Source: Candidatus Methanomethylophilaceae archaeon (lineage in GTDB: Archaea; Thermoplasmatota; Thermoplasmata; Methanomassiliicoccales; Methanomethylophilaceae). From it: DNA of 64,000 nt. The notes under the pieces were generated by a model. The model saw only the letters and a list, made by a program, of their open reading frames with translations, was not told where the DNA came from and ran no database searches. Numbering within the stretch: position 1 is the stretch's first letter; each line of letters begins with the position of its first letter. The DNA is taken from NCBI GenBank assembly GCA_944320495.1, contig CALUHR010000005.1, positions 192,001 through 256,000 on the forward strand, given 5' to 3'. This document shows positions 30,786-41,928 of the stretch, in pieces. Both the position numbers and the translations under genes were made by a program.

Positions 30786-31235
30786 ATGTCCCCTCCCTAC
30801 GACGCCACCGACATCGCACGCTTCATCGTCCAGAGTTCCAGAGGGATGGGCAACCCCGTGACGAACGCCAAGCTCCAGAAGCTGCTCTACTACGCATGGG
30901 TCGGATACTACGGGAGGACGCACACATACCTCTTCTCCGACGAAATCTGCGCCTGGAGGTTCGGCCCCGTCATCCCGTCCGTCCACCGCGAGTACAGGAT
31001 CTGGGCCGGCGTCCCGATCCTCCTCGCCGAGCCGCCGTCGGAGATCGACGGCGACACCAAGCGGTTCCTCCTCGATTTCATCCGGGACAACAGCGACTTC
31101 ACCGCCAGCCGTCTCGTCAACCTCCCGAACCGGGAGGACTTCCCCTGGGGGTCCGTCTATGACGGAAATCGGAAGTTCACCCCGATCCCCTTCGAGAGGA
31201 TCGCCGCCATCGAGCGTCTCGGGGATTCGGCCCGA
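30786..31235 (+). CDS. Panacea/SocA (DUF4065/GepA-like) antitoxin-family protein, 149 aa, proposed CGA stop
   Basis: YDATDIARFIV...VTNAKLQKLLYYAW...LFSDEICAWRFGPVIPSVH motifs. First in-frame CGA at 31233-31235, directly followed by a recurrent intergenic motif. Confidence 0.8.
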
Positions 31236-31308
31236 TTCATAAACGCTTCCCGACCCATTCGCCCGTCGGCTTCGCGGCAGGCTTCATCACGGAACCGCAC
31301 GCGGTTCC

Positions 31309-31755
31309 GTGTTCAGCGTCCCCCCGTTCATCATCAGATATGTCATCGCCCCGCTGGCCCTCAGCGGTTTCGGGATCGCGTTCGGGATCCTCTCCGCCGT
31401 CGGGTACGATGACCCCTTTCCCGTCGCCGTTGCCACCATCATGCTCGGCGCATACGTCTGGACGGTCCTCGTCTTCCGCATGACGGGTCTCCGCTACCTC
31501 ACCGTGGACCGGACGCACCCCTTCGGCCCCGATGCCCCCGCGTCCGCCCTCGAGCGCCCCTTCTGGGGACTCGCCCGCCGTTGGTCCGTCATCATGGAGT
31601 GCGGCCTCGGGGGTTGGATGGTCAGATTCCACGGATGGCTGTGCAGGGGCTCCCTGCTGTTTCTGGCATTCGGGTGCTGCGCGGTGGGACTCCTCGCCCA
31701 GATCATGGGATTCCCGGGATTGACGATATTCTTCCTGTCGAGCGTCCCCTGCTAG
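31309..31755 (+). CDS. Small multi-pass membrane protein (ends at TAG, or reads through to CGA at 31816-31818)
   Basis: Four hydrophobic segments. Hydrophobic residues continue past the TAG (SSVPC*LGYIAIS). Start codon uncertain. Confidence 0.55.
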   Translation: MFSVPPFIIRYVIAPLALSGFGIAFGILSAVGYDDPFPVAVATIMLGAYVWTVLVFRMTGLRYLTVDRTHPFGPDAPASALERPFWGLARRWSVIMECGLGGWMVRFHGWLCRGSLLFLAFGCCAVGLLAQIMGFPGLTIFFLSSVPC

Positions 31756-31765
31756 CTGGGTTACA

Positions 31766-32299
31766 TCGCCATCTCCGACGACCGGGCTGAAAGGCGGGAC
31801 GATTCTGCCACCTCTCGAACTCGGGATCGACGATTATGTCCCCGTTCTCGTCCCGTTTCGGCTGATAGGTCCCCCGATTCTCGAACCATTGCAGGACGAA
31901 CGCCATCGGATAGGTCAGAACGACTATACCGAATAACGCCAGAGGGACCATCCAGAGGTTCGGCGCGACATACGCGTCCACGAACGCCCCGACTTCGCCG
32001 TGATAGATGAACAGACATGATAGCAAGAAGGTCGCGACGCCGATGAGCGGAGCCATCGGAGTCGCGCCCCTCAGATGGGACGCGACGAAGATCGATGCGG
32101 CCGCGACCCCCAGGATGGTCACCGGCACCCCCAGATCATCGTGGAAACAGAACAGCGGCACGAGGATGCCTATGGGCGTCTTCAGGAATTCGATGACGAG
32201 AACGGCCCTCAGACCGAGTTTGAACACCCCCAGCGCGGAACAGATTACCCACACCGATGTCAGAATCAACTCGAACTGATCGCCCGTCAGCCGCCCCAC
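31766..32299 (-). CDS. Multi-pass membrane protein, proposed CGA stop
   Basis: Several TM helices. First CGA after the TM region is at 31766-31768 (...FQPGRRRW*), 10 bp from the convergent gene's TAG. The GTG start at 32299 is tentative. Confidence 0.55.
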
Positions 32300-32479
32300 C
32301 AGGGCGGCGGTATGCGGGCATCCTCTAAAGACCCAGCGACCCCGCGCATTCCATCGCATCCCGTTCATAAACGCTTCCCATCCCATTGCCCCCTTCCCTT
32401 TTCCCCGATACACCCCCGACATCCGAACTCCGATTCGGACCCGGCCCCGGCCATCGGGCCGGGCCGAACGCGTGATATC

Positions 32480-34075
32480 ATGCTAGCAACCGCAAGGAAA
32501 CAGACGATCGCCTGCGCGGCCGTCGTCGCGCTCCTGGCGCTCTGCGCCGGAGCCTACGTCCTCATGGACGGCGACGCCGATGAGCGGGTGGAGTTCGCAT
32601 CCGAACCGGGCGGATACGGACTGGCGTTCGAGCCCGTCTACGGCTCGAACGTCTCATACTCGGAATACGACCAGTCGTACGAGATCCACATGAGGGTCGG
32701 CGACACCTTCACCTACACCCCCGAGACCAACTTCCCCGAGGCCGTCATATCCTACTATGGGAACACCGACGGCCTCTCCTGGAACGACGACACCACACTC
32801 GCCGGCTCCTTCTCCGAGTCCGGCGACTTCTCCGGAGTTCTCACAGCCACCGTCACCCACGGCGACGGCGAGGACCCCCTCACCCAGCACGCCTACCAGA
32901 GGATCACCTTCCACGTCTACGACAGGATCGAGTTCGCCGGTGCCAGCGGCCCCGGCGACGTCTCCTACGACTACGCCTTCGCCCCCGGGGACCTCTCCGA
33001 TGGAAGGGCAGTTCACCGCGTGGCCCTGGCCAGCGGCCTGACCACCCCCAACGTATCCTATGCGTTCGAGGTAGTGGAGGGCAAGACGGGAGTGTTCTCC
33101 TGGGACGAGTCCACGAAGACCATCGTCGCCGACAAGGTCCTCGAGGCCGCCGACGAGGGAGACTACGTCCTCAGGGTCACCGCATCCTACGCCTACGAGG
33201 GCGGGCAGGACTCCGCCTCCGTCACGGTCAACGTGACCGTGAAGGAGGGCGTCGCGATCACCTCCCCGTCCGTCTTCGACGTCACCCTCGGCGACGCCGA
33301 TGCGAGGTACCAGATCACCACCAACAAGGACTCCGACATCGAGCTCGACTACTCCCTGAACGTCACCTCCGGCTACGAGGGCATCCTCATCCTCTCCGAC
33401 GGAACCATCACCGTCGACATGGAGAAGGCGGAGCAGACCATGGGGGACTCCGAGAGCTTCACCTTCACCGCCCACATCACCGTGAAGGAGGTCGGGGACG
33501 ACTCCAACACCGACACCAGGGACGTCACCGTCACGATCTACGAGAAGCCCTGGACCGCCGCCCCCGTCATCGACGCGGACTCCGTCCTCGTCGAGCCGAT
33601 CGACGGCGACACCACCAACGTCAGGGTCACCGTAACCATCGAGCACGCCGACTCCGTCGTGTTCGCCTGGGGCGACAACTCCACCGACGACGTGAACGGC
33701 GTAGCGGACGTCTACACGATGGACCACGCCTACGCCTCCGGCGTGAAGAACCCCGTCGTCATCGCCGTCTCCGCCGAGAACGCCCACGGCGACGTCATCG
33801 GGTACATCATGTACGACCTGACCTCGGGAGAGGCCACCTGGTCCGACGAGAGGCCCGACGTGCCGTCCACAGATGACGATGCCAAGGAGAACACTGGGTT
33901 CCTCGCGGAGCACGGCATCCTCTGGATCATGTTCGCCATCGCCGCGATCGTCCTGGCACTGGTGTTCCTGTTCGGGGTGCAGAACCAGTACATCCTGATC
34001 GGCGTGGTCATCCTCGCCCTGCTCGCGGTGGCCGCGTTCGTCACGAACGACTTCGGCCTCGAGCTGATGAAGTGA
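32480..34075 (+). CDS. Secreted/membrane-anchored protein with Ig-like and PKD-like domains
   Basis: N-terminal signal/TM, VVFAWGDNS...DHAY PKD-like motif, C-terminal two-helix TM hairpin. Confidence 0.8.
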   Translation: MLATARKQTIACAAVVALLALCAGAYVLMDGDADERVEFASEPGGYGLAFEPVYGSNVSYSEYDQSYEIHMRVGDTFTYTPETNFPEAVISYYGNTDGLSWNDDTTLAGSFSESGDFSGVLTATVTHGDGEDPLTQHAYQRITFHVYDRIEFAGASGPGDVSYDYAFAPGDLSDGRAVHRVALASGLTTPNVSYAFEVVEGKTGVFSWDESTKTIVADKVLEAADEGDYVLRVTASYAYEGGQDSASVTVNVTVKEGVAITSPSVFDVTLGDADARYQITTNKDSDIELDYSLNVTSGYEGILILSDGTITVDMEKAEQTMGDSESFTFTAHITVKEVGDDSNTDTRDVTVTIYEKPWTAAPVIDADSVLVEPIDGDTTNVRVTVTIEHADSVVFAWGDNSTDDVNGVADVYTMDHAYASGVKNPVVIAVSAENAHGDVIGYIMYDLTSGEATWSDERPDVPSTDDDAKENTGFLAEHGILWIMFAIAAIVLALVFLFGVQNQYILIGVVILALLAVAAFVTNDFGLELMK

Positions 34076-34436
34076 GCATACCCCGGGCCGTCCGTCCCGG
34101 ACGGCCCGAAACCCCTTCCCCCATCATCCCCAGCCCCCGCGCGTGTGTCCATTATTTCGGGGGCCGGGGTCCTCCGGACCCCTCCTTGTGATTGTCATTC
34201 CTTAGAACGTTTGTTAAATCGCCGACCCCCTCAACCCCTTTCATAAACGCTTCCCATCCCATTCGCCCATCGACCGTCCCCCGCCTTTATCCGCTCCGCC
34301 CGAGGGGACCCCGTCCATATACATGGACGCGGACGGGGTCCGCCGCTCCGATCCACTCCAAGATGGCGGCGGAGGCCCGTTTTGGAGTGATACACATGAA
34401 TGAGAAAGCAAGACGCATCCCGTGCGGGGGATGGGC

Positions 34437-37400
34437 ATGAGGCACGAGAGGCATCTCGTCATCGCGCTCCTCGCCGTGGCCCTCGTGGCGGTGTCGTGCT
34501 GTCTGGCGCTGACGTACGCGTCGGAGGATTCCAACGCCGAGATGGTGGCGGATCCGACGTACACGCTGACGCTACACGACGACAGCGGGACGAACAAGGA
34601 CATCCCGTACACCGTGTCCAGTGCCGTGAAGGTCCGTCTCCCGATCTACGAGTTCGAGAGGGACGGGTACTACCTTGAGTACTGGACGGACGGAACCAAT
34701 AACTATCGTCCCGGGAGCGAGATTCCCCAGTTGACGAAGGATACGACCTACACCACCGTTTGGAAGCAGGGACATGGGAACCAGCTTCCGGATGTTGTCG
34801 GTTCACCTGGCGAGGAATTGCGCATCGAGACGTTGAAGATGGTGAGCACCAGCTCTGTCGATTCGTTCTCCTGCACCGCATACCCCGAGGAATGGCTGAC
34901 GAACATGGGATACGCTTCTGGGGTCTTTGAAGGAAGCACCACGGAAGCGGGAATTTACTATCTCTGTTTCGACATCTCAATCTACCACATCAACCCGACC
35001 TACTACTGGTTCAGGATAATCATCGAACCCGAAGAATACACCCTCGACGATAAGTTCACTGTCGAATTCGACACCAACGGCGGAACCGTCGACAACGCCC
35101 AGGAGCTGAACAGCAAATCGGCACCAGTGGGAACGATCATCACCCTTCCTTCCCCCGATTCCTGTCACAATAACAACAACACGCTTCTCGGATGGACGGT
35201 CATGGTCAACGGCGTGCCGATGACCGCGATGGGGGTGTGCGGACAGTACACCATCGACCCCGATGCTGCGGACGTGTCCGAAGGCGAGCCGATAACCATC
35301 GAGGCAAGTTGGTATGCAGAGCAGTACGGACTGATCTTCAACGCCTTCGGATCGCCCGGTGTCACCGGTGCCGTGGCGAGGGAGGGTGACAACTACAAGA
35401 TGGTGGCCACCACCGAAACCCAGATTGGATACACCTTCGGCGGATGGACCGAATGGGACTCCACGGACACCGTCATCCCCATCGATTCCCTCTACACCGT
35501 CGAGAAGGGGATGCAGTTCTTCGGCTACTGGATCGAGAACGGGGCATCGACGTACCACGTCACCCTCGATGCCAACGGCGGGAGCGGTACCCTGAACGTC
35601 GACGTCAGGCAGGGCGACAAGGTCCAGCTGCCGAAGGCCATGCCTGACCGCGCCGGATACACCTTCGTCGGTTGGGCTGACGAGAGCGGGAAGCTGATCG
35701 AGACCGAGACTTTCACACCCTCGAAGGCGACAACGACTCTCAAGGCCCAGTGGACCCAGAACGTCAACCCCGTAGATAGCATCACATTCTCTGGATCGTC
35801 CGCAGTGAGCAAAGGCTCCAGGATCAGCATCCAAGCCACCGCATACCTCCAGTTCGACGACGACAGCCTCCCTGGCGACCGTCGCGTCTACTTCAAGGTC
35901 GCCGAAGGAGACGAGGACATCATCGAAATCACCTCCCAAAGCACCAACTCCACCGGAGGCACCTGCAGGGTCCTCGGACTCAGCATCGGCAAGGCCACGC
36001 TGATTGCCTACTCCGCCGACGGCAACTGCACCGTGGAGAAGACCATCACCGTAACCGCCAAGACGTACGTCCACACCCTGACCTACGACGCCAACGGCGG
36101 AGTGAATGCCCCGTACCAGGCACCCGTCGATACCGGAACGGCATCGTCCTACACGTTCACCATCTCCGAGCAGGAGCCCTCCTATGAGGGATACGATTTC
36201 CTCGGATGGGCGACCACCAAGGATGGGGAACCCGAGTACGGATGGGGCGAGAACCAGAAGCGCACCATAACCGTCTCCGGCTCTCAGACGCTCTATGCCA
36301 GATGGCAGGAGAAGGAGACTCTGACCCATCAGATCGTCTACGACGCCAACGGCGGCATCTGGTCCGACGGCGAGACGCAGGATGTCATCGGCACGATAAC
36401 CACCGACGAGTCCTACGAGTTCGCCATCAGGCAGGATCTGCCGACGAGATTGGGGTATCAGTTCGTCGGATGGTCGGAGGACAAGAACGCGGACCCCGAT
36501 TCCGAGGATCTCCTTCAGGCGAAGGATCCACTGGTTGTTTCTGGAACCAAGACACTATATGCGATTTGGGATGACAACCGCACAACATTCACACTGAAAT
36601 ACGACGCCAACCACGGAGATGCCGATTCCGTACCAGAACCTTGGACGGACAAGACCCCCAGCATCTCCTACACGACGGATGTTGACTTCTCCGTCATACC
36701 CACTAGGGATGGATACACGTTCTTGGGATGGTCTAAGTCGCCCAGTGCAAGTTATCCGGAGTTCACCGCCGACGGTGAAACCACGATCACTCTGCGCGCC
36801 GCCGCATCTGGTGCTCCGACTGAGGTGACACTTTATGCTGTGTGGAAGTTGGCATCCAACATCCATGTGCTGACGTTCGATGCCAACGGCGGTACGGGTG
36901 CCCCCGAGGCACTGAAGTCCGAGCCGACCCAGGAACCGTCATACCCCTTCGAGATTCCGAAGGAGGTGCCCACGAGGGAGTTCTATACCTTCCTGGGATG
37001 GTCGAGCGATCCCAACGCTAAGAGTCCGACGTACACCGTCTCCCCTCCCGACAATGAGGTGATCGTCAAGAAGGAGCTCATACTCTATGCGATATGGGCC
37101 CCGAGCGAGGACTTCTACTCTTACCAGCTCATCTACGATCTCAACGGTGGTGTGGGGGACGGATTCGATTCCATCGTCGAACCGAGCCAGGATAAGTCCT
37201 ACACCTTTGATGTGACCACACTCGAACCTGCCAGGGATGATGGAGCTAGATTCCTTGGCTGGACACTGGATGAGGATGACTCCTCTCCCGACTACGGACA
37301 CAAGACCGGCCAGAAGGACACGGTCGAGGCCACCTCGGAACAGCCAATCATCGTCCTTCACGCTGTATGGAAGGAGATTCCGGCAGGTTCCATCATCGTC

Positions 37401-37754
37401 CAGTTCAACACCAATGGCGGTTGCACTGTGGAATCCCAGGTGATTGCCAGCGGTGACAAGGCTACCGAGCCCAAGGATCCCGTTCGTGACGGGTACGAAT
37501 TCCTCGGTTGGTTCACGGCCTCTGGCGAAAGATGGGACTTCAACACCTCCATAACCGCGGATCTGACGCTCTTCGCCCTTTGGGAGAAGACAGATTCACC
37601 CACCGGCCCCGATGACGATTCCACCGTATGGATTGTCATGATTGTTGTAGGCGCACTCTTGGTCGCGATCGGATTCGCCACCAGAGTAGAATTCGCTGCC
37701 TACGTTGGAATCATCTGTACCGTCATGGGAGTCGCTTTCTTCCTGATATTCTGA
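34437..37754 (+). CDS. Cell-surface protein with multiple Listeria-Bacteroides (Flg_new/InlB-B-like) repeats
   Basis: Repeated Y/F-DANGG...P...GY.F.GW....G...LYA.W units; signal peptide; C-terminal TM hairpin. Confidence 0.88.
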   Translation: MRHERHLVIALLAVALVAVSCCLALTYASEDSNAEMVADPTYTLTLHDDSGTNKDIPYTVSSAVKVRLPIYEFERDGYYLEYWTDGTNNYRPGSEIPQLTKDTTYTTVWKQGHGNQLPDVVGSPGEELRIETLKMVSTSSVDSFSCTAYPEEWLTNMGYASGVFEGSTTEAGIYYLCFDISIYHINPTYYWFRIIIEPEEYTLDDKFTVEFDTNGGTVDNAQELNSKSAPVGTIITLPSPDSCHNNNNTLLGWTVMVNGVPMTAMGVCGQYTIDPDAADVSEGEPITIEASWYAEQYGLIFNAFGSPGVTGAVAREGDNYKMVATTETQIGYTFGGWTEWDSTDTVIPIDSLYTVEKGMQFFGYWIENGASTYHVTLDANGGSGTLNVDVRQGDKVQLPKAMPDRAGYTFVGWADESGKLIETETFTPSKATTTLKAQWTQNVNPVDSITFSGSSAVSKGSRISIQATAYLQFDDDSLPGDRRVYFKVAEGDEDIIEITSQSTNSTGGTCRVLGLSIGKATLIAYSADGNCTVEKTITVTAKTYVHTLTYDANGGVNAPYQAPVDTGTASSYTFTISEQEPSYEGYDFLGWATTKDGEPEYGWGENQKRTITVSGSQTLYARWQEKETLTHQIVYDANGGIWSDGETQDVIGTITTDESYEFAIRQDLPTRLGYQFVGWSEDKNADPDSEDLLQAKDPLVVSGTKTLYAIWDDNRTTFTLKYDANHGDADSVPEPWTDKTPSISYTTDVDFSVIPTRDGYTFLGWSKSPSASYPEFTADGETTITLRAAASGAPTEVTLYAVWKLASNIHVLTFDANGGTGAPEALKSEPTQEPSYPFEIPKEVPTREFYTFLGWSSDPNAKSPTYTVSPPDNEVIVKKELILYAIWAPSEDFYSYQLIYDLNGGVGDGFDSIVEPSQDKSYTFDVTTLEPARDDGARFLGWTLDEDDSSPDYGHKTGQKDTVEATSEQPIIVLHAVWKEIPAGSIIVQFNTNGGCTVESQVIASGDKATEPKDPVRDGYEFLGWFTASGERWDFNTSITADLTLFALWEKTDSPTGPDDDSTVWIVMIVVGALLVAIGFATRVEFAAYVGIICTVMGVAFFLIF

Positions 37755-37764
37755 GTTGATTGAA

Positions 37765-39915
37765 ATGAAAGATAGAACGATGCTGATGATGTCCGTGATT
37801 GTGCTGATCGCATCCGTGTTCTGCACAGCGGCCATCACATATGATCAGGACGTCGAGGGGGCAACCTCTCCGTCCAGTCTCTGCAGCGTGTCGTTCGTCC
37901 CCAATCTAAGCGGTGACGGACATGACACCAGCCAGGCCCACACATACGATGTCCTCAAAGGCAACACCATCGAACTCCCAACCAAGGAATTCACGAACAC
38001 CAACCACGTACTCATCGGATGGACGGTCGGATCCGTCGACGGGACGGAATTGTTGACAGGTGCCGAATATACGGTGAATGAGAACACAACGTTCTACGCC
38101 AAATGGGTGGAGACGAACGTCGCCGCAACCCATCAGTCCGACTGGGATTCGAACCTGACCGTCGGTGGAGAGTTCGATAAGACCTACTCGTTCGATTCGT
38201 TCTGGAGTGTATCCGATCCCCGCATCATCAGTGGACCCGACTGGCTTCATGCGGAGGTGAATGGAGACGGCGATGCCCATTTCTACGGTAACGCGGAATC
38301 CTCCGGAAGCTGGTATGTCGAGGTACTCTTCACCCACAATATCGACACTTACAGGCTCTGGTGGCAGATCACTGTGCCTTCTGCCATGGACAAGGAGATA
38401 ACTTACACCTATGATGGCAACGAAGGATCGAACATCACCCTTTCCTCGTTCACCCTTCGTGCGGGAACCACACACATTCTGGCCGACGCTTCCGTCACAT
38501 CCAGGGCTGGATATGACCTCTGGGGATGGACCATCCGTGACGGTGCGGGCAATCAGCCGACCTACGCTCTCGGATCTGCATACACGGCCAGCGAGGAGCT
38601 GTATGACAGATATGGTGCGAACCAGACAATCTCCGCACACTGGGAACCGATGGCCAACATCCTCATCCTGAACGCATCTGGTGCGGATGGAATATCCGCT
38701 CAGGTTGTCAGGGAGGGGGACATCCTGACATTCCCTGCCACCACGGACTACAAGATGCCAGGATACGTCCTGAAGGGATGGTTCTTGGACAGCGATGAGA
38801 ACGCTATTTACGCCCCCGGATACCAGTACAAGGTTGGGTCCGCCGCAAAGGGGGCCATCTATGCTTGTGCATACTGGGTAGCCGAAGGGACAGAGACCTA
38901 CAAGGTGACCTACAACGTCAATGGAGGGGAGGACTACTCCCTGAGCCAGGAGGTTGAGGAAGGAAAGTCCGTGGTCCTGCCCACAGAGGGTTTCACCAAG
39001 AAGGGTTTCACACTCGTCGGATGGTCCGAGAAGACTGAGGATGACGAGCCTTCCCTGGCCGGACAGGCATACACCCCCACGAAGAGCGTAACCTTGTATG
39101 CAATCTATCGCGAAAGTTCCTCTGGATCGGGAGAGACATATTCCGTGACCTTCAATGTCAACGGCGGAACCGGTGTGTTCCAAGCCCAGGAGGTGGAGGA
39201 GGGCGGATACGCCACAAAACCCTCGACCGATCCCGTCAAAGAACGGCACATCTTTATGGGCTGGTTCCAGACAGGTTCCGCTACCGCATGGGATTTCGCC
39301 AGCAAACCAGTCACACAGAATATCAGTCTGGTTGCCAACTGGAGGGAGCATTTCACGGTCACGACTGATGGTAATATCGTCACTCTGAACGTGGATTCGT
39401 ACTTCAGCAGACTCGGCATATCGACTGTCGACTGGGGAGACGGCAAGATCCAGGAGAATGTCAGCACCAAGGTCACCCACACATACGATGATGATGCCTC
39501 TGGAACCATCACGGTGACGACGAAGCAGACTGGGGCATCCACGACGTACGTCTCGTCCTACAAGTTCTCCATCGGAGAGGGCGGAGGCACCCCACTGAAG
39601 GCGGTGGGCAAGATTACCGACAACGGGGACGGCACATGGACCCTCAGTGCTGAAGGTTCCACAGGCATGGACTCCTACGCATGGTACGTCAACGATGAGT
39701 TCGTCGGCGATAAGGCAACCGTAACTCTCGAGAATCTCGAGGATGGCAGGTATGACGTGAAGCTGGTGGTTGATGCCGATGGTGCAGAAAAGCCGTCCGA
39801 ATGGAAAGGCTCCTTCACAGTTGGAGATACTTTCGACTACACACTGATTATCTATGCCGTGGTCATCGTCGTGGTTATCATCGCACTGATAATGGTAGCG
39901 AGGAACTTCCTATGA
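37765..39915 (+). CDS. Cell-surface protein with Listeria-Bacteroides repeats and a PKD-like domain
   Basis: NGG...GF.L.GW..LYA.W repeats, VDWGDG motif, C-terminal TM. Confidence 0.85.
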   Translation: MKDRTMLMMSVIVLIASVFCTAAITYDQDVEGATSPSSLCSVSFVPNLSGDGHDTSQAHTYDVLKGNTIELPTKEFTNTNHVLIGWTVGSVDGTELLTGAEYTVNENTTFYAKWVETNVAATHQSDWDSNLTVGGEFDKTYSFDSFWSVSDPRIISGPDWLHAEVNGDGDAHFYGNAESSGSWYVEVLFTHNIDTYRLWWQITVPSAMDKEITYTYDGNEGSNITLSSFTLRAGTTHILADASVTSRAGYDLWGWTIRDGAGNQPTYALGSAYTASEELYDRYGANQTISAHWEPMANILILNASGADGISAQVVREGDILTFPATTDYKMPGYVLKGWFLDSDENAIYAPGYQYKVGSAAKGAIYACAYWVAEGTETYKVTYNVNGGEDYSLSQEVEEGKSVVLPTEGFTKKGFTLVGWSEKTEDDEPSLAGQAYTPTKSVTLYAIYRESSSGSGETYSVTFNVNGGTGVFQAQEVEEGGYATKPSTDPVKERHIFMGWFQTGSATAWDFASKPVTQNISLVANWREHFTVTTDGNIVTLNVDSYFSRLGISTVDWGDGKIQENVSTKVTHTYDDDASGTITVTTKQTGASTTYVSSYKFSIGEGGGTPLKAVGKITDNGDGTWTLSAEGSTGMDSYAWYVNDEFVGDKATVTLENLEDGRYDVKLVVDADGAEKPSEWKGSFTVGDTFDYTLIIYAVVIVVVIIALIMVARNFL

Positions 39916-41816
39916 CTGAGACGCTGAATACCAGCCGTAAGCGCATCTTCGCCATCGGTGCCGTATTCATGCTACTCTTCGCCGGATTGGCAGTTACGGC
40001 GACGGATGACGAGAACGAGTCTCAGGCCCTGATCATCGACAATTCCACGGCTTTCGCCATCGGTGTTTCGGTGGGTCTCGGCATCGCCGCCGTAACCATC
40101 ACAGTCCTGGATCTCGTACTCGACAGGACGGAGGAGGAATTCGAGGAGGCCAACCGTTCGGCTGAAGCGGGCATAGTCGCCAGTGCGCTCATTTCCACAG
40201 TAGCCCAGTATGAGAACTCCCTGTCTCAGGTTGCCAACATCTGGCCCTTGACCAATGACCACTGGGTGAGACAGGCCGAGATGACCGCCGCATCGATGTG
40301 GTCCTTTGGCGAGGAGCTGGATTTCGACGAGCTCCTGGTTCAATCGGACATCTTCAACAACATCGGCCAGAATCTCGATAACCTGTCGTCCCAGTTCAAC
40401 GACACTTGGGACACGATAGGGGAACGTGTGAAGGAGTGGAATACCACCGAATTCGCCGAAGTATATGGGACTGGAATGATGTCGATCAGCGTCGACTACG
40501 GCAGCAACCATCTGACCGCCGATTCCGGAGAGGACTTTGACATAGGCGTTGGAATCGTCCTTCGCGACGTCGTCAAGGGACAAGACCAGGCATGGCTTTC
40601 CGGCGGAGCTCTGTATGCCTCCGAGGAATGCACAATCACGGACGGAGAACACGTCGTCAATCTCGGAAAGGGCTGGAACACACTGCCCGAACCCGACGAA
40701 TTCTACGGAGGAATCTGGACATTCCCCGCTGGCGTGACATTCTGCGGGAATATAGTACCGATCGTCGGATCTGGCGGTGCCGAAGGCGTTGCCGGACTAG
40801 TGGCCGACATAAACGGCGAGACGAAGGTCTTCACGGCCGCCAACTACGAGGAAACGTCCGAGCTCTACAAACCGACTTGCGATGCGTACGATGGTGACAG
40901 CTACTATGACGAAGTCTCGGTCTCCATCACACCGAAGGAATCCGAGAATGCCCAGTCCCTGGACATCACGGACGTCCTTGCCAGATACCAGATGATTCTC
41001 CAGACTCTGGAGGCCACACTGCCCGTCTGCGTGGATGCGGCCTCCACGGTATGGGAGATCTACAACATGTCTGGCGAGGCCAACCTATACCTGACAACCC
41101 TCATGGTCCCAGAGGAATACGAGAACGTCCGTCTCACCGATGACCAGCGTACCATGATTACCATCTTCGCGATGGATCAGCTCACGCAGTACTGGGAAGA
41201 CAACGGCGACGAGGTTAGAAAGACATCCTACACCATGACCAAGGAATCGATGTCGCTGTATTGCCGTGGCAACGTCGTCGTCACGGACTACAGTGTTGAC
41301 GGCACCTCTAAGGCCGTGGTGTACGAGGACGTTATCTTCACGCCCCTGTTCAGCGAGGATTACAACCTCAAAACGGGAATGAACGAGATTACGGATGCGG
41401 GATCCGTCATGATCTGGGGCAAGGGACAGTCCCTCTCCACTTTTGACGTGACCGATCCGGAGATGGCGGTCCTGATTCCCGTGGCCAAGGGAGTGAAACT
41501 CGAGGTTGCGGCCATCATGTACAGCGGAGAGTACGTCGACTCTCTCCAGCTCAATGCGGTCAACGTGGATAACGTGGAATCTGACACACCCATAATCCCC
41601 GACCCTCCGAAGCCTCAGCCCAACAACGATCTGGATGAACTCATCCGTCTCATTATGGTCGTCGCTGGGCTGCTTATTCTGCTGTGGGGGTTGAGGACCA
41701 TGGACGTACGGTTTATCATCATCGGAATCGCAGTGATGGTTGCCGGAATCATCTTCGCTGAGAAGATCGAGAATCTGCTCCAGAGCGCCTTCGGCTGGGA
41801 ATTCCGCTGGCCCTGA
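39912..41816 (+). CDS. Membrane-anchored ectodomain protein, possibly pleolipovirus spike/fusogen-like
   Basis: ATGA overlap with the upstream gene; signal peptide, second hydrophobic segment, helical region with WVRQAEMTAA, beta-rich region, Pro linker, C-terminal TM hairpin. The family call is inference. Confidence 0.75.
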   Translation: MTETLNTSRKRIFAIGAVFMLLFAGLAVTATDDENESQALIIDNSTAFAIGVSVGLGIAAVTITVLDLVLDRTEEEFEEANRSAEAGIVASALISTVAQYENSLSQVANIWPLTNDHWVRQAEMTAASMWSFGEELDFDELLVQSDIFNNIGQNLDNLSSQFNDTWDTIGERVKEWNTTEFAEVYGTGMMSISVDYGSNHLTADSGEDFDIGVGIVLRDVVKGQDQAWLSGGALYASEECTITDGEHVVNLGKGWNTLPEPDEFYGGIWTFPAGVTFCGNIVPIVGSGGAEGVAGLVADINGETKVFTAANYEETSELYKPTCDAYDGDSYYDEVSVSITPKESENAQSLDITDVLARYQMILQTLEATLPVCVDAASTVWEIYNMSGEANLYLTTLMVPEEYENVRLTDDQRTMITIFAMDQLTQYWEDNGDEVRKTSYTMTKESMSLYCRGNVVVTDYSVDGTSKAVVYEDVIFTPLFSEDYNLKTGMNEITDAGSVMIWGKGQSLSTFDVTDPEMAVLIPVAKGVKLEVAAIMYSGEYVDSLQLNAVNVDNVESDTPIIPDPPKPQPNNDLDELIRLIMVVAGLLILLWGLRTMDVRFIIIGIAVMVAGIIFAEKIENLLQSAFGWEFRWP

Positions 41817-41928
41817 GTCCTGAACCATTAACCAAATGGGCCTAACGGCCCAAAATCCCCTTCCAATCCCATTATTCGAACAGAAGAGTCAGGAAGCGCA
41901 TTTATCCTGACCACCTCATCACGACACC

